From Felis catus (lineage: Eukaryota), in the NCBI RefSeq assembly GCF_018350175.1, contig NC_058368.1:189474001-189538000 (forward strand): a stretch of DNA of 64,000 bases, in the 5' to 3' direction. A program made the position numbers and the translations under genes. A model generated the notes under the pieces. That model saw only the letters and a program-made list of their open reading frames with translations. It was not told the DNA's origin and did not search any database. Positions 38,871 to 51,259 of this stretch are shown here, piece by piece (the first letter of the stretch is position 1; each line of letters opens with the position of its first letter).

Positions 38871-39169
38871 AATTAGTACAATTTGTTGCCTTTTAGTAGT
38901 TCAGGTATGAATCCAGAGGCTAAAGTCAAATTCTTGTGAAGAATCTCAACAACTGAGAATGACAGGGAGAGAAACTGCAGGCAGAGAGATTATGATCAAA
39001 GTCATCGAGGAAGGGATCACAGATCACATTTAAGGAAGAGTACAACACAAAATAATAACAAAACATCATTTTGGGGCTCACATCACAGAGAGTCAAAAGG
39101 AAATTCAAATTCACACAGATAAGGAACTTAATTTTTTTTTAAATGCTAGTCTATTACGTCTGGGGACTT

Positions 39170-39340
39170 CTGTGATTCATAAAGCACAGCCATGAGCATT
39201 TGATTCCTCAACCCTGCCAGATAAGCCAGGCAATTACTGTTATTATTATGCCCATTTTAGAGATAAACAAATGAGGCTAAGAGGGATTAAGTCATGAAAT
39301 CTAATAAGTGCCAGAGCCAGGACTACAGCTCAGGTCTTCA
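39170..39340 (-). mobile_element. MIR SINE
   Basis: CCCATTTTAGAGATAAACAAATGAGGCTAAGAGGGATTAAGT. Confidence 0.8.
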
Positions 39341-40666
39341 GTATTTCCCATTTAGGTGTCTCATTACATGGGGGGAGTCTAAATACAGCTTCTGTAGCAT
39401 TTGATGATTTTATGATGTGCTTTGGGATTTATGGATGTTATTTTGTTGGTACTTCTCCACCTCATAATCCACAATAGCAGTGTCTGCCTTTTGTCTATGA
39501 AACATATAAAAGTACCCAGAGGTTGTTAAGTGGTGGGTGCATCCAATAAATACATAAATCATAAAAATACAAAGAGCATATGATGGCTGGTTTCCTTTCT
39601 GACAAATCTGTTTCCTTCCTGACAAGAGATGCTGCCCTGTGGTTCTTCATGTGGGGAAATAAATGTCATAAGTTATCAGCCATTTAGTATTATGCTGTGT
39701 ATGCACCTAGAGTCCTATGGGGATTTAAATTTCAAATTGAGGCACATCATTTATGAGGGCTGGCCTAGGCTTGTATATCGGCAAAGTCAGTGGATCATTT
39801 TAAGAGGTTATTTGAGAACCTTCAAAAGTGTCTCCTCTGTCCTCAAAATTATTTCTCTGTCTTGCAACAGTCTCTAAAATTTCCACCTTTATGCAGTTCT
39901 TTGGGTTAAGTTATTAAAGGTTTTTCCAGTGTTATTCAGGTATATCTGTTGAGCTATGACATATTAGCTATGACACTGTTCTCAGTGCTGAAGATGAGGC
40001 TATAAGCAAAATAAATAAAGACCTTACCATCACAGAGCTTTCCTTCCATTATGGGATGGAAGAATAGACAAATGGAAGTGTTGGGAAATAGGAAATAAAC
40101 AAAAGTAATAGAATACTATTAAAATACTTTCATTCAACCAATATTAATGAAGAGCCTATTATGTATAAAGTTAGCATAGGTCTTGAGAGAGGTTATCCGG
40201 GAGGTCATTTAGAATAACTTAATTTGTTAGATGAGCCAGCTAAAAACCTCAGAGAAATTCACATAGTGTCAAGCTCTCTATAGTTTCTTGACTCTCTGTG
40301 TCTCCCTTCCCTGCACCTGAAATAATTTGGTTTAGCTCCATCTCTAGGACCAGTCCTCACCATATATGAACAGGAAGGATCTAAGCAATGCCAGTCACCA
40401 ATTCTTTGGAATTCCCTCCCAAATTATACTGATAACTGAGTTTCTTTCATTTGCTCAAAAAACATTCCTTTACATTAGATGTTAGAGCTACAAAGATGCA
40501 TGAGGTAATCCCTGCTCTAAACACTTCACAACCTCTAGCAAGAAGAGGAACAAGTAAAAAAAATAAATGAATTGTAGCCCAGATGCTGAAGCCCTATTAC
40601 TACTTACAGACTTCCCTGCTACTCCTTCTAGACAAATTCACCGTCTAGAATTCCCACTGTCTAGAG

Positions 40667-41109
40667 AAGCACTACCCAACAGAACTTTCTGCAATGATGG
40701 AAATGTTCCATATGTATGCTGTCCAATATTATAGTCACTTGCCACATGTCAAATTGAGATATGGATAGTACAGCCAAAGAACTGAATTTTTTGTCTTACT
40801 TACTAAAAAAATTTTTTTAGTGTTTATTTATTTTTGAGAGAGAGAGAGAGAGAGAGAGACTAAGTGTGAGCGGAGGAGGGTCAGAGAGAGAGGGAAACAC
40901 AGAGTCTGATGCAGGCTCCAGGCTCTGAGCTGTCAGCACACAGCCCAGCATGGGGTTCTAACCCAAGAACCATGAGATCATGATCTGAGCATGTCAGACA
41001 CTTAACGGACTGAGTCACCCAAAGTGCCCCTGTCTTACTTATTTTAATTAATTTAAATTTAAGTCTAGTAACCACATGTGGCAAGTATCTACCATCTTGG
41101 ACAGCACAG
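40667..41109. mobile_element. MER3 hAT-Charlie MITE split by a SINE
   Basis: AGAACTTTCTGCAATGATGGAAATGTTC..GCTGTCCAATA..CCACATGTGGC..TTGGACAGCACAG; 8-bp TSD gtctagag (40659-40666) / gtctagaa (41110-41117). Confidence 0.93.
40803..41030 (-). mobile_element. CanSINE (SINEC) inside MER3
   Basis: Reverse-complement SINE; TSD tgtcttactta at 40792-40802 and 41031-41041. Confidence 0.97.
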
Positions 41110-41194
41110 GTCTAGAATTAAGAATGTTTCCAGGAGAGACAAGTCTTGAGAAGAGATCTCAGAACTCAGGATCTGTGAGGTTGTGGTGTTCTGG

Positions 41195-41564
41195 TGTCAG
41201 ACTCTCCAAAATTTTGCCATTGTCCTGAAAGTTTGCTTGGACTTCCCTAGTTGGAGGGCTTTCTCTTTCTCCATGTGGTGATTCAGGACCCAGGCACCTT
41301 CCTCTGATAGCTTTACAGCATCCTGTAAAATCTTGGTGGCCACTGTGTTTAGGCAGTACATGGAAAGAGAGAAAATAGAAATGTCACACTGACTTCTTAG
41401 TAAACTCCCCCCTCCCCCCAAAAAAAGGTTCCTTCACATTCCACTGGATATAATGGGTGCAGGGAAATGTAGTCTCTGACTAAGCAACTGCTTCCCAGTG
41501 ATAACTACACACCATAAAAAGAGGATAACAAATTTCTGGTGGACAGCTATCCATCTTTGCCACA
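41195..41564 (-). mobile_element. MaLR LTR (MLT1J/I-like)
   Basis: GTGATTCAGGACCCAGGC..GGGAAATGTAGTCT..TTCTGGTGGACAGCTA..TGCCACA. Confidence 0.7.
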
Positions 41565-42854
41565 ACCAACCCTAGCCCTCTGTTGGGATTCTAACATTGA
41601 GCTGAGGAAAGCACCTAATACATGGCCCCAAGTAAAAGCTACTGCTCTGTCAGTGAAAATAGGAATAGCATTAATCAAAGTGTCACTGAACTCAATTCTC
41701 CAAACAGGACATCAGAGGGTAAATTCATGGCAAACACCTAAGGACAGAATGCCCTTCATAGCCAAGGAGAAAATGTCTCCTTGCCTGTGGATGAAAGAAA
41801 TCTGCCCTGTTTGCACTATTCTTTTTCACACATTCATTAAGTGACCCTCTAACAGTCCCCATCTCTCAGCGAGTTGGCTGATAGGCTGAGCTGTGACTGT
41901 TTCCCCATCCCCTTTCTACTCTCAATGATCAGCTTCAAAGTGTGCCCAACCGTTTGACAACCTAAGTCCAGCTGGAAGGGAGAATTTAGGAGGTGTGAAA
42001 CAGGAGGTTCCTTTCATCTCAGTGGCCCTGAAATGCTAAAGTTGTACATGTCAGAACAGGAGGAAGAATCTGAATATTTGTGATTTATGGCTTTTATTTT
42101 TGTTTTGGCAGATTCAGCTTCAAATTCAGGTTTCCTGGATGGTGAGACCACACAGAATCCATTGCTCTGTTGTCAGGATCATGAATTATGGTTGTATTGA
42201 TGACACTGGAACAGTGTTATATGAATATCTTTCCACAAATAAATACAATGTAAGCCCCATATTTCTTGTTGTTCATTAGAATGGCCTGAATCACTAAAGC
42301 AAGAACATTCCTATGCCAGACAATTCTTCCCCTTGGAATTCCATTGTTCCTTTGCTGCAAGAACAATTAGATTATCAATGGATACAGTCACTGCTGCAAT
42401 CATGTTAGAACTACAAAAAATATATAAATTCACATCAAATCTACATTACGGAAAATGATCAATGATCCTATTGCCATTACTCCATAAATAACAGAAGCTA
42501 CCTCCTAGAGTTCTTAGAAAGTCTAAATGAAATATTGTATAAAAAATGTTTTGTACTTTTCTAAGATACAATAAGTACTTAGTAAACATTAGCTCTAATT
42601 ATTATAATTTGGCTATCGAGAACATCTGTTATCCATTCGGATACAAACAATCCAGTTTTCTTTCAAAAACATTTCTACACCAATATTAACCCATATGATT
42701 GGGAGTGGACAGCTGTCACCATCTCCAGGCTCCAAAGGTGACGCCATAATCTAAGCCTGAGCAAATAACTGCACAGTGCCTAACCAGTTCAGGGATGAGT
42801 AGGTGACCCAAGCCAGGCCTGGTGACAAAAGCACTCCCTGGAGGTATCCTCACT

Positions 42855-43085
42855 GGGGCATCTGGGAGGCTCAGTCGATTCAGGGTCCAACTCTAAGTTT
42901 CAGTTCATGTCATGATCACATGGTTCTTGGGATCAAGCCTCACGTTGGACTCTGCACTGAGAGCATGGAGTCTCTTGGGATTCTCTGTTCTCTCTCTGCC
43001 CTTCCCCCTGCTTGTGCTCTCTCAAAAATAAATAAACTTTTTTTTTTAAAAATGAAAAACAAAACAAAACAAAACAAAACAGAAA
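42855..43085 (+). mobile_element. CanSINE (SINEC, diverged)
   Basis: GGGGCATCTGGGAGGCTCAGTCG head, GGATTCTCTG, AAAATAAATAAAC tail with (AAAAC)n. Confidence 0.92.
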
Positions 43086-43332
43086 AAAGTGGTCTCAGAT
43101 TTTTGTTTCTCTTCCAAGCTGGTAGAACATAAGCTTAGAGCAGGCAGGGGCCACCCTGTGGAGAGGGTGTAAAGTCAACGGAAGGGAAGAAAGAGCTGAG
43201 ACAGAAACAAACAATAAGACTTCATGATAACATTTAGAACCCTGGGCCTGAACAATTCTCCACCCAAACCCATATGCACCATCCCCCCAAATTCTCCTTT
43301 TTCTGTAGACCTTATGTGAGTGGTATTCTGTC

Positions 43333-43471
43333 TTTTTAATTCTTTTTTTTTTTAATAGGCTTCATGCCCAACATGGAGCCCAACATGGGGCTTGAACTCA
43401 CAACCCTGAGATCAAGCCCTGAGCTGAAATCAAGAGTCCAAAGTTTAACCAACAGAGCCACCCAGGCACCC
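43333..43471 (-). mobile_element. Short CanSINE lacking the CT tract
   Basis: GGGGCTTGAACTCACAACCCTGAGATCAAG..GAGCCACCCAGGCACCC preceded by poly-T; degenerate TSD tggtattctgtc / tgggattctatc. Confidence 0.92.
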
Positions 43472-43634
43472 TGGGATTCTATCATCTGCAACATAAAGAG
43501 GCAAAAACAAGAGCAATTAGGAGAATGTGACAACCACCGGACATCTGTTGTCAGTGAGAGTATGAATATGAATAAGTTAAAATATAAAATATAAGTTATT
43601 TTGAAGTTTACAAAGAACTTTCATAGTTATCACC

Positions 43635-43993
43635 TATATCAGGTTATTAATACAAGCTGCTACAACAGATAGACCCTAAAAGCTTAGCACCACAAAGGTT
43701 TATTTTTCATTCACATCATAGTCCATGGGACTTAGGTGACTCTTCTCTACTTTGTTGCTACAATTTTGGAACACATGGTCCCCGTGGCAAAAAAGGAAAG
43801 GGTTGGGGGAATCACACATGAAAATTTGAAGGTGCAGTCTTGGAAATAGTGTACATCACATCGGCCCACATTGTATTAGTCAGACTCAGTTACATGGCAC
43901 CAATTTAGCAGCAAGGGAGGCTGGAAAATGTAATCTCCCTGTACGCTCACAAAAAGGAAACAATGTGGTGAGTAAGATGTTATCCTTGCCACA
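43635..43993 (-). mobile_element. MaLR LTR (MLT1I-like)
   Basis: AAGGTTTATTTTTCATTCACAT..GTTACATGGCACC..GCAAGGGAGGCTGGAAAATGTAATC..TGCCACA. Confidence 0.8.
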
Positions 43994-44384
43994 CCTTTTG
44001 TTTGTTGTATTCAGTCTCTTACCAGACCGCCAGGAGCCCAGGTGTCTTGACCCAAGTTGGACTGCTGGGTCCCAGGAGCCTAACTGAGGTATGGGGTCAG
44101 GAATTGGCTACAGAATATGAAACTGAGGTGAGTGTTCTGAGAGGCAACATCCCAAGGTTGAAACTGAAACCAGCTCACCAATCTAAAAGCAATCAAAGAG
44201 GGTGAGAGAAATCACACACAAGTTCATAGGATGGATCCAGAGAAAACAGATCCTGGTTAGAAGAGACAAAGTGGAAAGTCAGGGAACAGAGGCTGCAGGA
44301 ATGCCTCAGCTATGAAGAAAGAGCAATAGACTCTTTGTAAAGTGCTAACAGCCTCTGCATAGGCAGAGAGACAGGAATACTCAG

Positions 44385-44530
44385 AATATCCCTTTGATAT
44401 AGGCAAAGCAGACTTTATTAACCCTGTTTCACAGGTAAGGCTCAGAGAGGTGAAATGATTTGCTCAAGGTCACACAGCTAGTGACACATAAAAATAAGAT
44501 TGAACTTAAGCCTTCTGACATTCAGTTCAT
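44385..44530 (-). mobile_element. MIR SINE
   Basis: GGCTCAGAGAGGTGAAATGATTTGCTCAAGGTCACACAGCTAGT. Confidence 0.88.
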
Positions 44531-44769
44531 GGTCTGTGAGTTAGACTACTAAACCTACTTAGCCTTCTTCATTCTGCCCTCAGCAAATCCACATGCCTGT
44601 TGATAAGCAAGAAAGGAGACATCTAATTCAAAGGACCCAAGTTTCTACTAAGCAGGAAATGCACGGATAGTGTGCAACTGTGTTCCCTCTGTCTCTATAT
44701 GAAATGGTGTGTGAACCTTCACTGTCCCCAAGACCTGGGGGCTAAGTTGGATGTATTACCCCTATGTCC

Positions 44770-44985
44770 TCACTGCTCTTGTACATCCTCTTAGTATATA
44801 TATGTTACCATGTGCTTTAATGGCTTGTTCAGCTGTCTGTATCCCCCATTTGAATGTGAATTCTATGATGGCAGAGACTATGCTTATCTAAAACTCCCTG
44901 ATGTCCCCCAGATATAGCACAGGGCCTGGTACACAGTAGAGGCTTAGTAAGTATTTATCAAATTAATGAATGAATAGATGAACAA
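44770..44985 (+). mobile_element. L2 3' end
   Basis: TAGCACAGGGCCTGGTACACAGTAG..AAGTATTTAT..TGAATGAAT. Confidence 0.85.
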
Positions 44986-46408
44986 ATATCACTTCTCATA
45001 GTGTACTAGAATTTCCAGCTGTACTAGAATTACTCAGCTCTCTACATAGATTTTAATCTTCATGAGGGCAGACACTCCAACCGCCAGAATCTCGCTGAGT
45101 ATCATTCTCATTGCCCAGTCTCTGGAATAGGAAAGACACTCAGTATATACATTTATGGAATACACAAATGATAAAAAAAATAGTTATAGCAATTTTTATA
45201 TCAGTTTTATACCTAAAGTCACCTTTTTTGAAAATAAGGCCTACTCATGCCATCTCACTTCTTTAAACTCTTTACTGGCTGCTCGTTACTTTTAGTGTCC
45301 AGACAAAACTCCTTAAAATTAACTACAGAGCCCTGCCTGAAGCACTGAACAGGACAGTCCTCTATCTGGGGGTCACAAACCCTTGAGATGCTGCTGAAAG
45401 CTATGGCCCCCTCTCCCAGAAAAAAAGTCATATGTTTATGAGGATATACTTCTGCATGCTGTTTTATAAGGCTGATATGGAGCCCCTTGTCTAATCCTGA
45501 GCCCTCCTGCCCTCCTGGGACATATAACCCTAGGCTGGGGGCATCTCAGTGGCTCACTTAATCTGTTCTCAGAGTGAGGAGAGAGGTCAGATCTGCTAAG
45601 GACCTCTTTGCAGCTCTTCAAATATGAGGAAGCCTACCCCCACTTGAATGCCAGCTCTCTGTTAGTTAGCAATTCAGAGTGATTTTTCAGAGTAATCCCT
45701 CAGTCTCCCATGATACTTGTCTGACAACCCCTTAATCTTGGCAAGAGCTGCATTAAACCAACCTGTCATCATTGTCGCTGCACAGAGCAGTAGCTCTGAG
45801 GGAGACACACACACTCACTTAGAAGCAAACTCCTTAACCCGTTAGAAGAGATTAGAATTGGGGCGGGGCGGGGGGGGGGGGGGGCTATTGCTCCACAGCC
45901 AGCACTCAAGAGCAGCCCGAAACGGCATGGCAAGAGGGGCCCGGCAAAATTTAGGTTTAAAGTGAGCTGCTTCCACCCTAGGCTGTGTCAGGAATTGTGA
46001 AAAGGAAGGTTTAAACAATCACTACTCTCAGAACCCAAGTCCATGCCCCACTGGATTAAAACAAAGGAATGGAACCATGATATGAAAAGGTATCAGGGGA
46101 AATTTGCTGAGAATGGAATTTATTTTGACAAATTCAAAGAGCCCTATGGTTACCTTGGTTCTGGAGAAACCGTTTCATCAGTTACTTTTGTGACCTGTGA
46201 AATTTTAGTTCTTCTTAGAAGGAAAAGTGGCACTATGTCCAGCTGACACCCCCAATATATTTTGAAAATGTAAAGAAAAACAACAACAATAAAAATGCAT
46301 AATAGGTCAAAAAAGTATGTATGGTCAAATCCCTCTCTTGGGTTAACACTTTTACAAAATCCATTGTTTATCAGGTAATTATTATAACTGTTTTGACTAC
46401 CATTTTTT

Positions 46409-46685
46409 ATTTTATTATGCTTTTCTTAACCATCAGGGTTTTTTCTTAAATTGAAGTATAGTTGACATACAATATTGTATTAGTTTCAGGTATACAACAT
46501 AGTGATTTGACATTTATATGCATTACAAAATGCTCACCACCATAAGCGTAGCCACCATCTTTCACCATACAAAGCTATTACAGTATCATTGACTATATTT
46601 CCTGTGCTATAGTTTAATCCCCATGACTTATTATTTTAAGTTCGTACCTCTTAATTCCCTTCAACTATTTTGCCCAAAATGGTGA
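46409..46685 (-). mobile_element. 5'-truncated carnivore L1 3' end with probable 3' transduction
   Basis: TTGAAGTATAGTTGACATACAATATTGTATTAGTTTCAGG L1 end; 13-bp TSD actaccatttttt at 46396-46408 and 46686-46698. Confidence 0.9.
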
Positions 46686-47100
46686 ACTACCATTTTTTGA
46701 TCCTTTATCATGCCTAACCACTTTCAAATCCTTTTTTCCAATATTTATTGAGAGTCAATTGTGGTAAATTGATTGCATATTGGCCCCAATCTTCACCTCT
46801 CCTACACTGGTCCAGGTGACCTGTCCTACTCCCTGACTCCTTGCCCAGGCAATGATTTTGCCAATGAGGTATTAGCCGATGTGAAACAACCAGAGGCTTG
46901 AAAAAGCATTTGTGCATTTCCACTTGCACTCTAGTACTCTAACATTACTATAAGAATATTCCCAGGCTGTCCTTCTGCAGAAGGAAAGATATGTGGAGTA
47001 TAACCAAGTTGTCTCAGGTACCCTCGACAGCTGACCCTCAGACCCATGAGCAAGCCCAGACAAGATCAGCAGACCTATCCAGATAGAGTCGAAATGACTC

Positions 47101-49014
47101 GTTTTTTTTTTTAAGTGAAGTGTAGTTGACACACAATGTTACATTAGTTTTAAATGTGCAACATAGTGAGTCAACAAGCTTATACTTAATGCTATGCTCA
47201 CCATAGACGTAGCTACCACCTGTCACCATACAATGCTATTACAGTATATACTGACTATATTCCCTATGCTGTACCTTTTCCCATAACTTATTCACTCCAT
47301 AACTGAAAGCCTGTATCCCCAATCCCTTTCACTCAACCCCCTAACCCCCTCTCCTCTGGCAACCATCAGTTTATTTTCTGTATTTATGGCTCTGTTTCTT
47401 TATTTGTTTATTCATTTGTTTTGTTTTTTCAGATTCCACATACAAGTGAAATCATATAATATTTGTCTTTCTCTGTCTGACTTATATCACTTAACATAAT
47501 GACCTCTAGATCCATCTATATTGTCAGAAATGGCAAGATCTCATCCTTTTTCTTTTTGTTGTTGAGTAATATTCTATTGTATATATGTTACCATTTCTTT
47601 TTTTACCTATTCATCTATCAATGGACTTGGATTGTTTTCATATCTTGTTCATTGTAAATAATGCTGCCATAATCATGGGGATTCATATATCTTTTCCAAT
47701 TAATATTTTCATTTTCTTTGGGCAAATACCCAGTAGTTGAATTGCTGGATCATATGGTATTTCTATTTTTAATTTTTTGAGGAACCTCCATACTGTTTTC
47801 TACAATGGCTACTCCAATTTACATTCCCACCAACAGTGTACAATGGTTTCTTTTTCTCCACATCCTCACCAACACTTGTTATTTCTTATCTTTTTATTTC
47901 TAGCCATTCTGACAAGTGCAAGGTGAAATCTCATTGTAGTTTTGATTTGCATTTCCCTCATAATCAGTGATACCAAGCATCTTTTCATGTGTCCGTGCGC
48001 CATCTGTATGTTTTCTTTGGGAAAATGTCTACTCAGCTCCTCTGCCCATTTTTTTTAAGTTTATTTATTTATTTTGAGAAAGAGAGACAATGTGAGTGCG
48101 GGAGGGGCATAAGAGAGAGGAAGACAGAGAATCCCAAGCAGGCTCCACACTGTCAGTGCAGAGCTGGATGTGGGGCTCAAACTCACAAACTGTGAGATCA
48201 TGATGTGAGCTGAAATCAAGGGTCAGATGCTCAACCAACTGAGCCACCAAGGCACCTCTCCTCTGCCCATTTTTAATTGAATTTTTCTGATGCTAAGTTG
48301 TATAAGTCCTTTATATATTTTGGATAAAATCTCTTATTGGATATAACATATGCAAATATCTTCTCACATTCAGTAGGTTGCCTTTTCATTTTGTTGATGA
48401 TTTTCTTCACTGTATAAGAGTTTTTTTTTTTATTTTGGTGTAGTCCCAGAATTAATATTGTTAAAATGTCCATACTATCCAAAGGAATCTACTGATTAAA
48501 TGCAGTCCTTATCAAATACTAATACAAAAAGTTGTATGGACCCACAAAAGACTCCGAATAAAGAAGAACAAAGCTGGAAATATCACAATTCTAGATGTCA
48601 AGATAAACTACAAAGCTGTAATAATCAAGCTAGTATATTATCAGCACAAAAATAAAAATAGATCAATGAAACAGAATGGAAACTCTGGAAAGAAACCCAT
48701 GCTTATATGGTCGATAAACCTATGACAAAGGAGGCAAGAATATACAATGGGGAATGGACAGTCTCTGTTATAAATGGTGCTGGGAAAACTGGACAGCCAC
48801 ATGCAAGAGAATTAAACTGGACCACTTTCTTATACCATACACAAAAATAAACTCAAAATGGATTAAAGACCTAAATGCGAGACCCGAAACCATAAAACTT
48901 CTGAAAGGAAACATAGGTAGTGATTTCTTTGACATTAGCCATAGCAACATTTTTCTTTGTATACCTCCTAATGCAAGGAAAACAAAAGCAAAAGTACTGT
49001 TGGGACTATATCAA
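47101..49014 (-). mobile_element. Carnivore L1 with 5' inversion (antisense 3' part 47101-48448, sense ORF2 part ~48449-49014)
   Basis: poly-T plus L1 3'UTR/ORF2 end in antisense; ORF 48754-49089 reads [35 protein letters not shown], an L1 ORF2p motif, in sense. Confidence 0.95.
48054..48257 (-). mobile_element. CanSINE (SINEC) inside the L1
   Basis: 17-bp TSD ctcctctgcccattttt at 48037-48053 and 48258-48274. Confidence 0.97.
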
Positions 49015-49854
49015 CTGACTCTTAACATAAAAGCAATAATGTCACATTTTATTGTCTGTTACTATATACCATTCGAGTTTTGTGAGTAGTTATTACATGG
49101 CATTTTGGCAATGGATAGCTGATATACCAACCATATGTCAGGCACTGTTCTAAAATATGGCATAGGGCAATAAACAAAATGGGCAAAGCCCTTCCTCTGT
49201 ATTCTAGATTATATTATCTAATTCAAAATGTATAATAATTTTACAAAGTATGCTATATTCCCATTAACACACAAGGAAAGTGAGGCACAGAATGGTTGCT
49301 TGCCCAAGGCATTATAGCCAGCAAATGGAGCCAGGCTTCCATCTCAGGCTACATGATGTGGTGGATAAGTCACTGCACTCAGCCATGACTTCTGCATCTG
49401 AAAGATAAGAATAATAATATACTGCACACCCCCAAGAATTACTGTGAGCATTAAAGAGCATCATGCATGTCAAAGCACAGCATAGGGCTATGTACACAGG
49501 AAATTCAAGAAAGTTTTGCTCTATATTATACTATTTCTGTTATCATTATTATCATGGCTGTTGTCATGATGCTATCTGAACTCAGAGCCTAACTACTTAA
49601 CTAATTCTTTATTATTTTATTGCCTCTGGTCTAGTTTCCTGTCCTCTCTACCTGATCAATGTGTAGATAGAACTGATTGATAAGCCTGGTAAATGTCACT
49701 GCTCCTTTTCATAGGGAAAGAATCAACTTTCAAAACCTTTATACCTCTGACCCTACAGTGAGCAACAGGTCATTTCTGAGAGGTGCACTAATGAGGGGTT
49801 AATATACACTTAGGCTAGAATCAGACAGATCTAAAGGGAAGAATCAGATACATA

Positions 49855-49975
49855 AATTGCAGGAGCCATTATAAAATAAAAATACAGGGCCTCTTGTTCA
49901 AATATTATAAAGAATTTATACCAGAATTATGGCTACATCAGGGTATTGAACCAAACATGGGGCCATTCTAAGTTA
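49855..49975. mobile_element. MER53-like hAT MITE fragment
   Basis: AAAATAAAAATACAGGGCCTCTTGTTCAAA..AAGAATTT..AACCAAACATGGGGCCATTCTAAG resembles recalled MER53 consensus. Confidence 0.5.
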
Positions 49976-50589
49976 GTACCTTCCTCATGGAATTGTTTTG
50001 AAGAATAAATGAGATGAGTACACCCGGTCCTTAAAGAAATGTCTAGCAAAGAACAAATACTCAATAGTAGTGGTGTAAGTTTTTACTGTTATCGTTATAT
50101 GTTTGTCAAAGTAATGAAGGGAATCCCAGTCGATGTGTAAGCCCTTTTCAAAACTCTCAGGCAGCCATTTTCTCATGTGGCTTTTGTAAACAGCTCTGAG
50201 AAACAGGCGGAGTGGAGCCTTCTCTGTCCCACAGCTAAAGAAATAAAAACTCAGGGAGTGCTTGGGGATTTCCAGAGGCTACATAGTAACAGTGATTGAA
50301 GTCAGCCATCTGGGGTCCTCCAGCCCTGTAGTCTTTCCACCAAGTCCTCCTGGCTCCAGCTTCATCTGGCCCTGACAGAATTGCCATGCAGACAGCAGTT
50401 ACTTATTTGGTGTAGTCAGGACCCAAAGATCAGGCTGAGATTAAAGATTTACTTTGCAAAAAGATCCACACCAGAGGCTCCTGATATGTTCCCTCGAGGC
50501 ACTTACCACCCTCTCACTCGCATTATAATGTTACTATGTCTTCTGAGCAAACCATAGCCTGCCCAAGAAAACAGGGACTGGGATAATCG

Positions 50590-51065
50590 TTCAGTAGATG
50601 ATTAGCACACAGGCCCTGGAGTCAGATAGGGAATTTGAATCCTGGCTCTGCTACTTAATAGCTTGGGCAAGCGCTTAACCCAGATTATCTCAATATTGAC
50701 ATTTTGGGCAGGTTAATTCTTTGTTGTAGGAAGACACTTTGTGCATTGCAGGATGTTTACAACAACCCTAGCATCTATCCTCTAGATGCCAATAGCACAC
50801 CTGACCCCCTCCCTCACCCCTGGCTGTGTGTCCAAAATGGCAATTGTCCCCTTTGTCGGCAGCGAGGAATGGTGGAGACATTCTCCAGTTGAGAACCACT
50901 TGGAGAACCATCCCCAAGTTTCAATGACTTCAATATAATCTAGAGGTAATAATGATAAAAATACCATCTTCATCAGGTTCTGAGGATTGAATGAAGTGAT
51001 CAGGTACTGGTGTGGCATACGGCCTGGCACAGTTAGATGGTCAATAAATATATGCTGCTATTATT
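50590..51065 (+). mobile_element. MIR SINE split by MER20
   Basis: CCCTGGAGTCAGA..TTTGAATCCTGGCTCTGCTACTTA and GAGGATTGAATGA..CCTGGCACAG..TCAATAAAT. Confidence 0.85.
50681..50901. mobile_element. MER20
   Basis: ATTGACATTTTGGGCAGGTTAATTCTTTGTTGT..GTGCATTGCAGGATGTTTA..CTAGATGCCAATAGCAC..GTTGAGAACCACT. Confidence 0.9.
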
Positions 51066-51259
51066 GCAGTATTGGCCAAGGAATGGGGATCTTTGCACAA
51101 ACTCCATAAGCTTGCTGGATTTAAGGCTGAAAACTCATTTCAGCAAATATGTATTGAGGATCCATTTCCAAAGGCATTTTCTCAGGTACTGGGAATTAAA
51201 GTTTGAATAAGATTTAGACTCTACCCTCAAGGAGCTAGTCTACCTAGTAGGAAGCTCTC

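Larger units (their letters stand above)
42620..43500 (+). mobile_element. ERVL LTR16-like LTR interrupted by two SINEs
   Basis: GTTCAGGGATGAGTAGGTGACCCAAGCCAGGCC and terminal GAGTTGGTATTCTGTC|ATCTGCAAC. Confidence 0.55.
46760..49126 (+). mobile_element. MaLR LTR (MLT1-type) split by an L1 (arms ~46760-47100 and ~49015-49126)
   Basis: Starts TGTGGTAAATTGATTGC..GGCCCCAATC; ends GAGTTTTGTGAGTAGTTATTACATGGCATT..GCTGATATA. Confidence 0.75.

Noticed and set aside
48754..49089. ORF with real protein similarity
   Set aside because: Fragment of L1 ORF2p in a truncated, inverted, dead L1; not a host gene.
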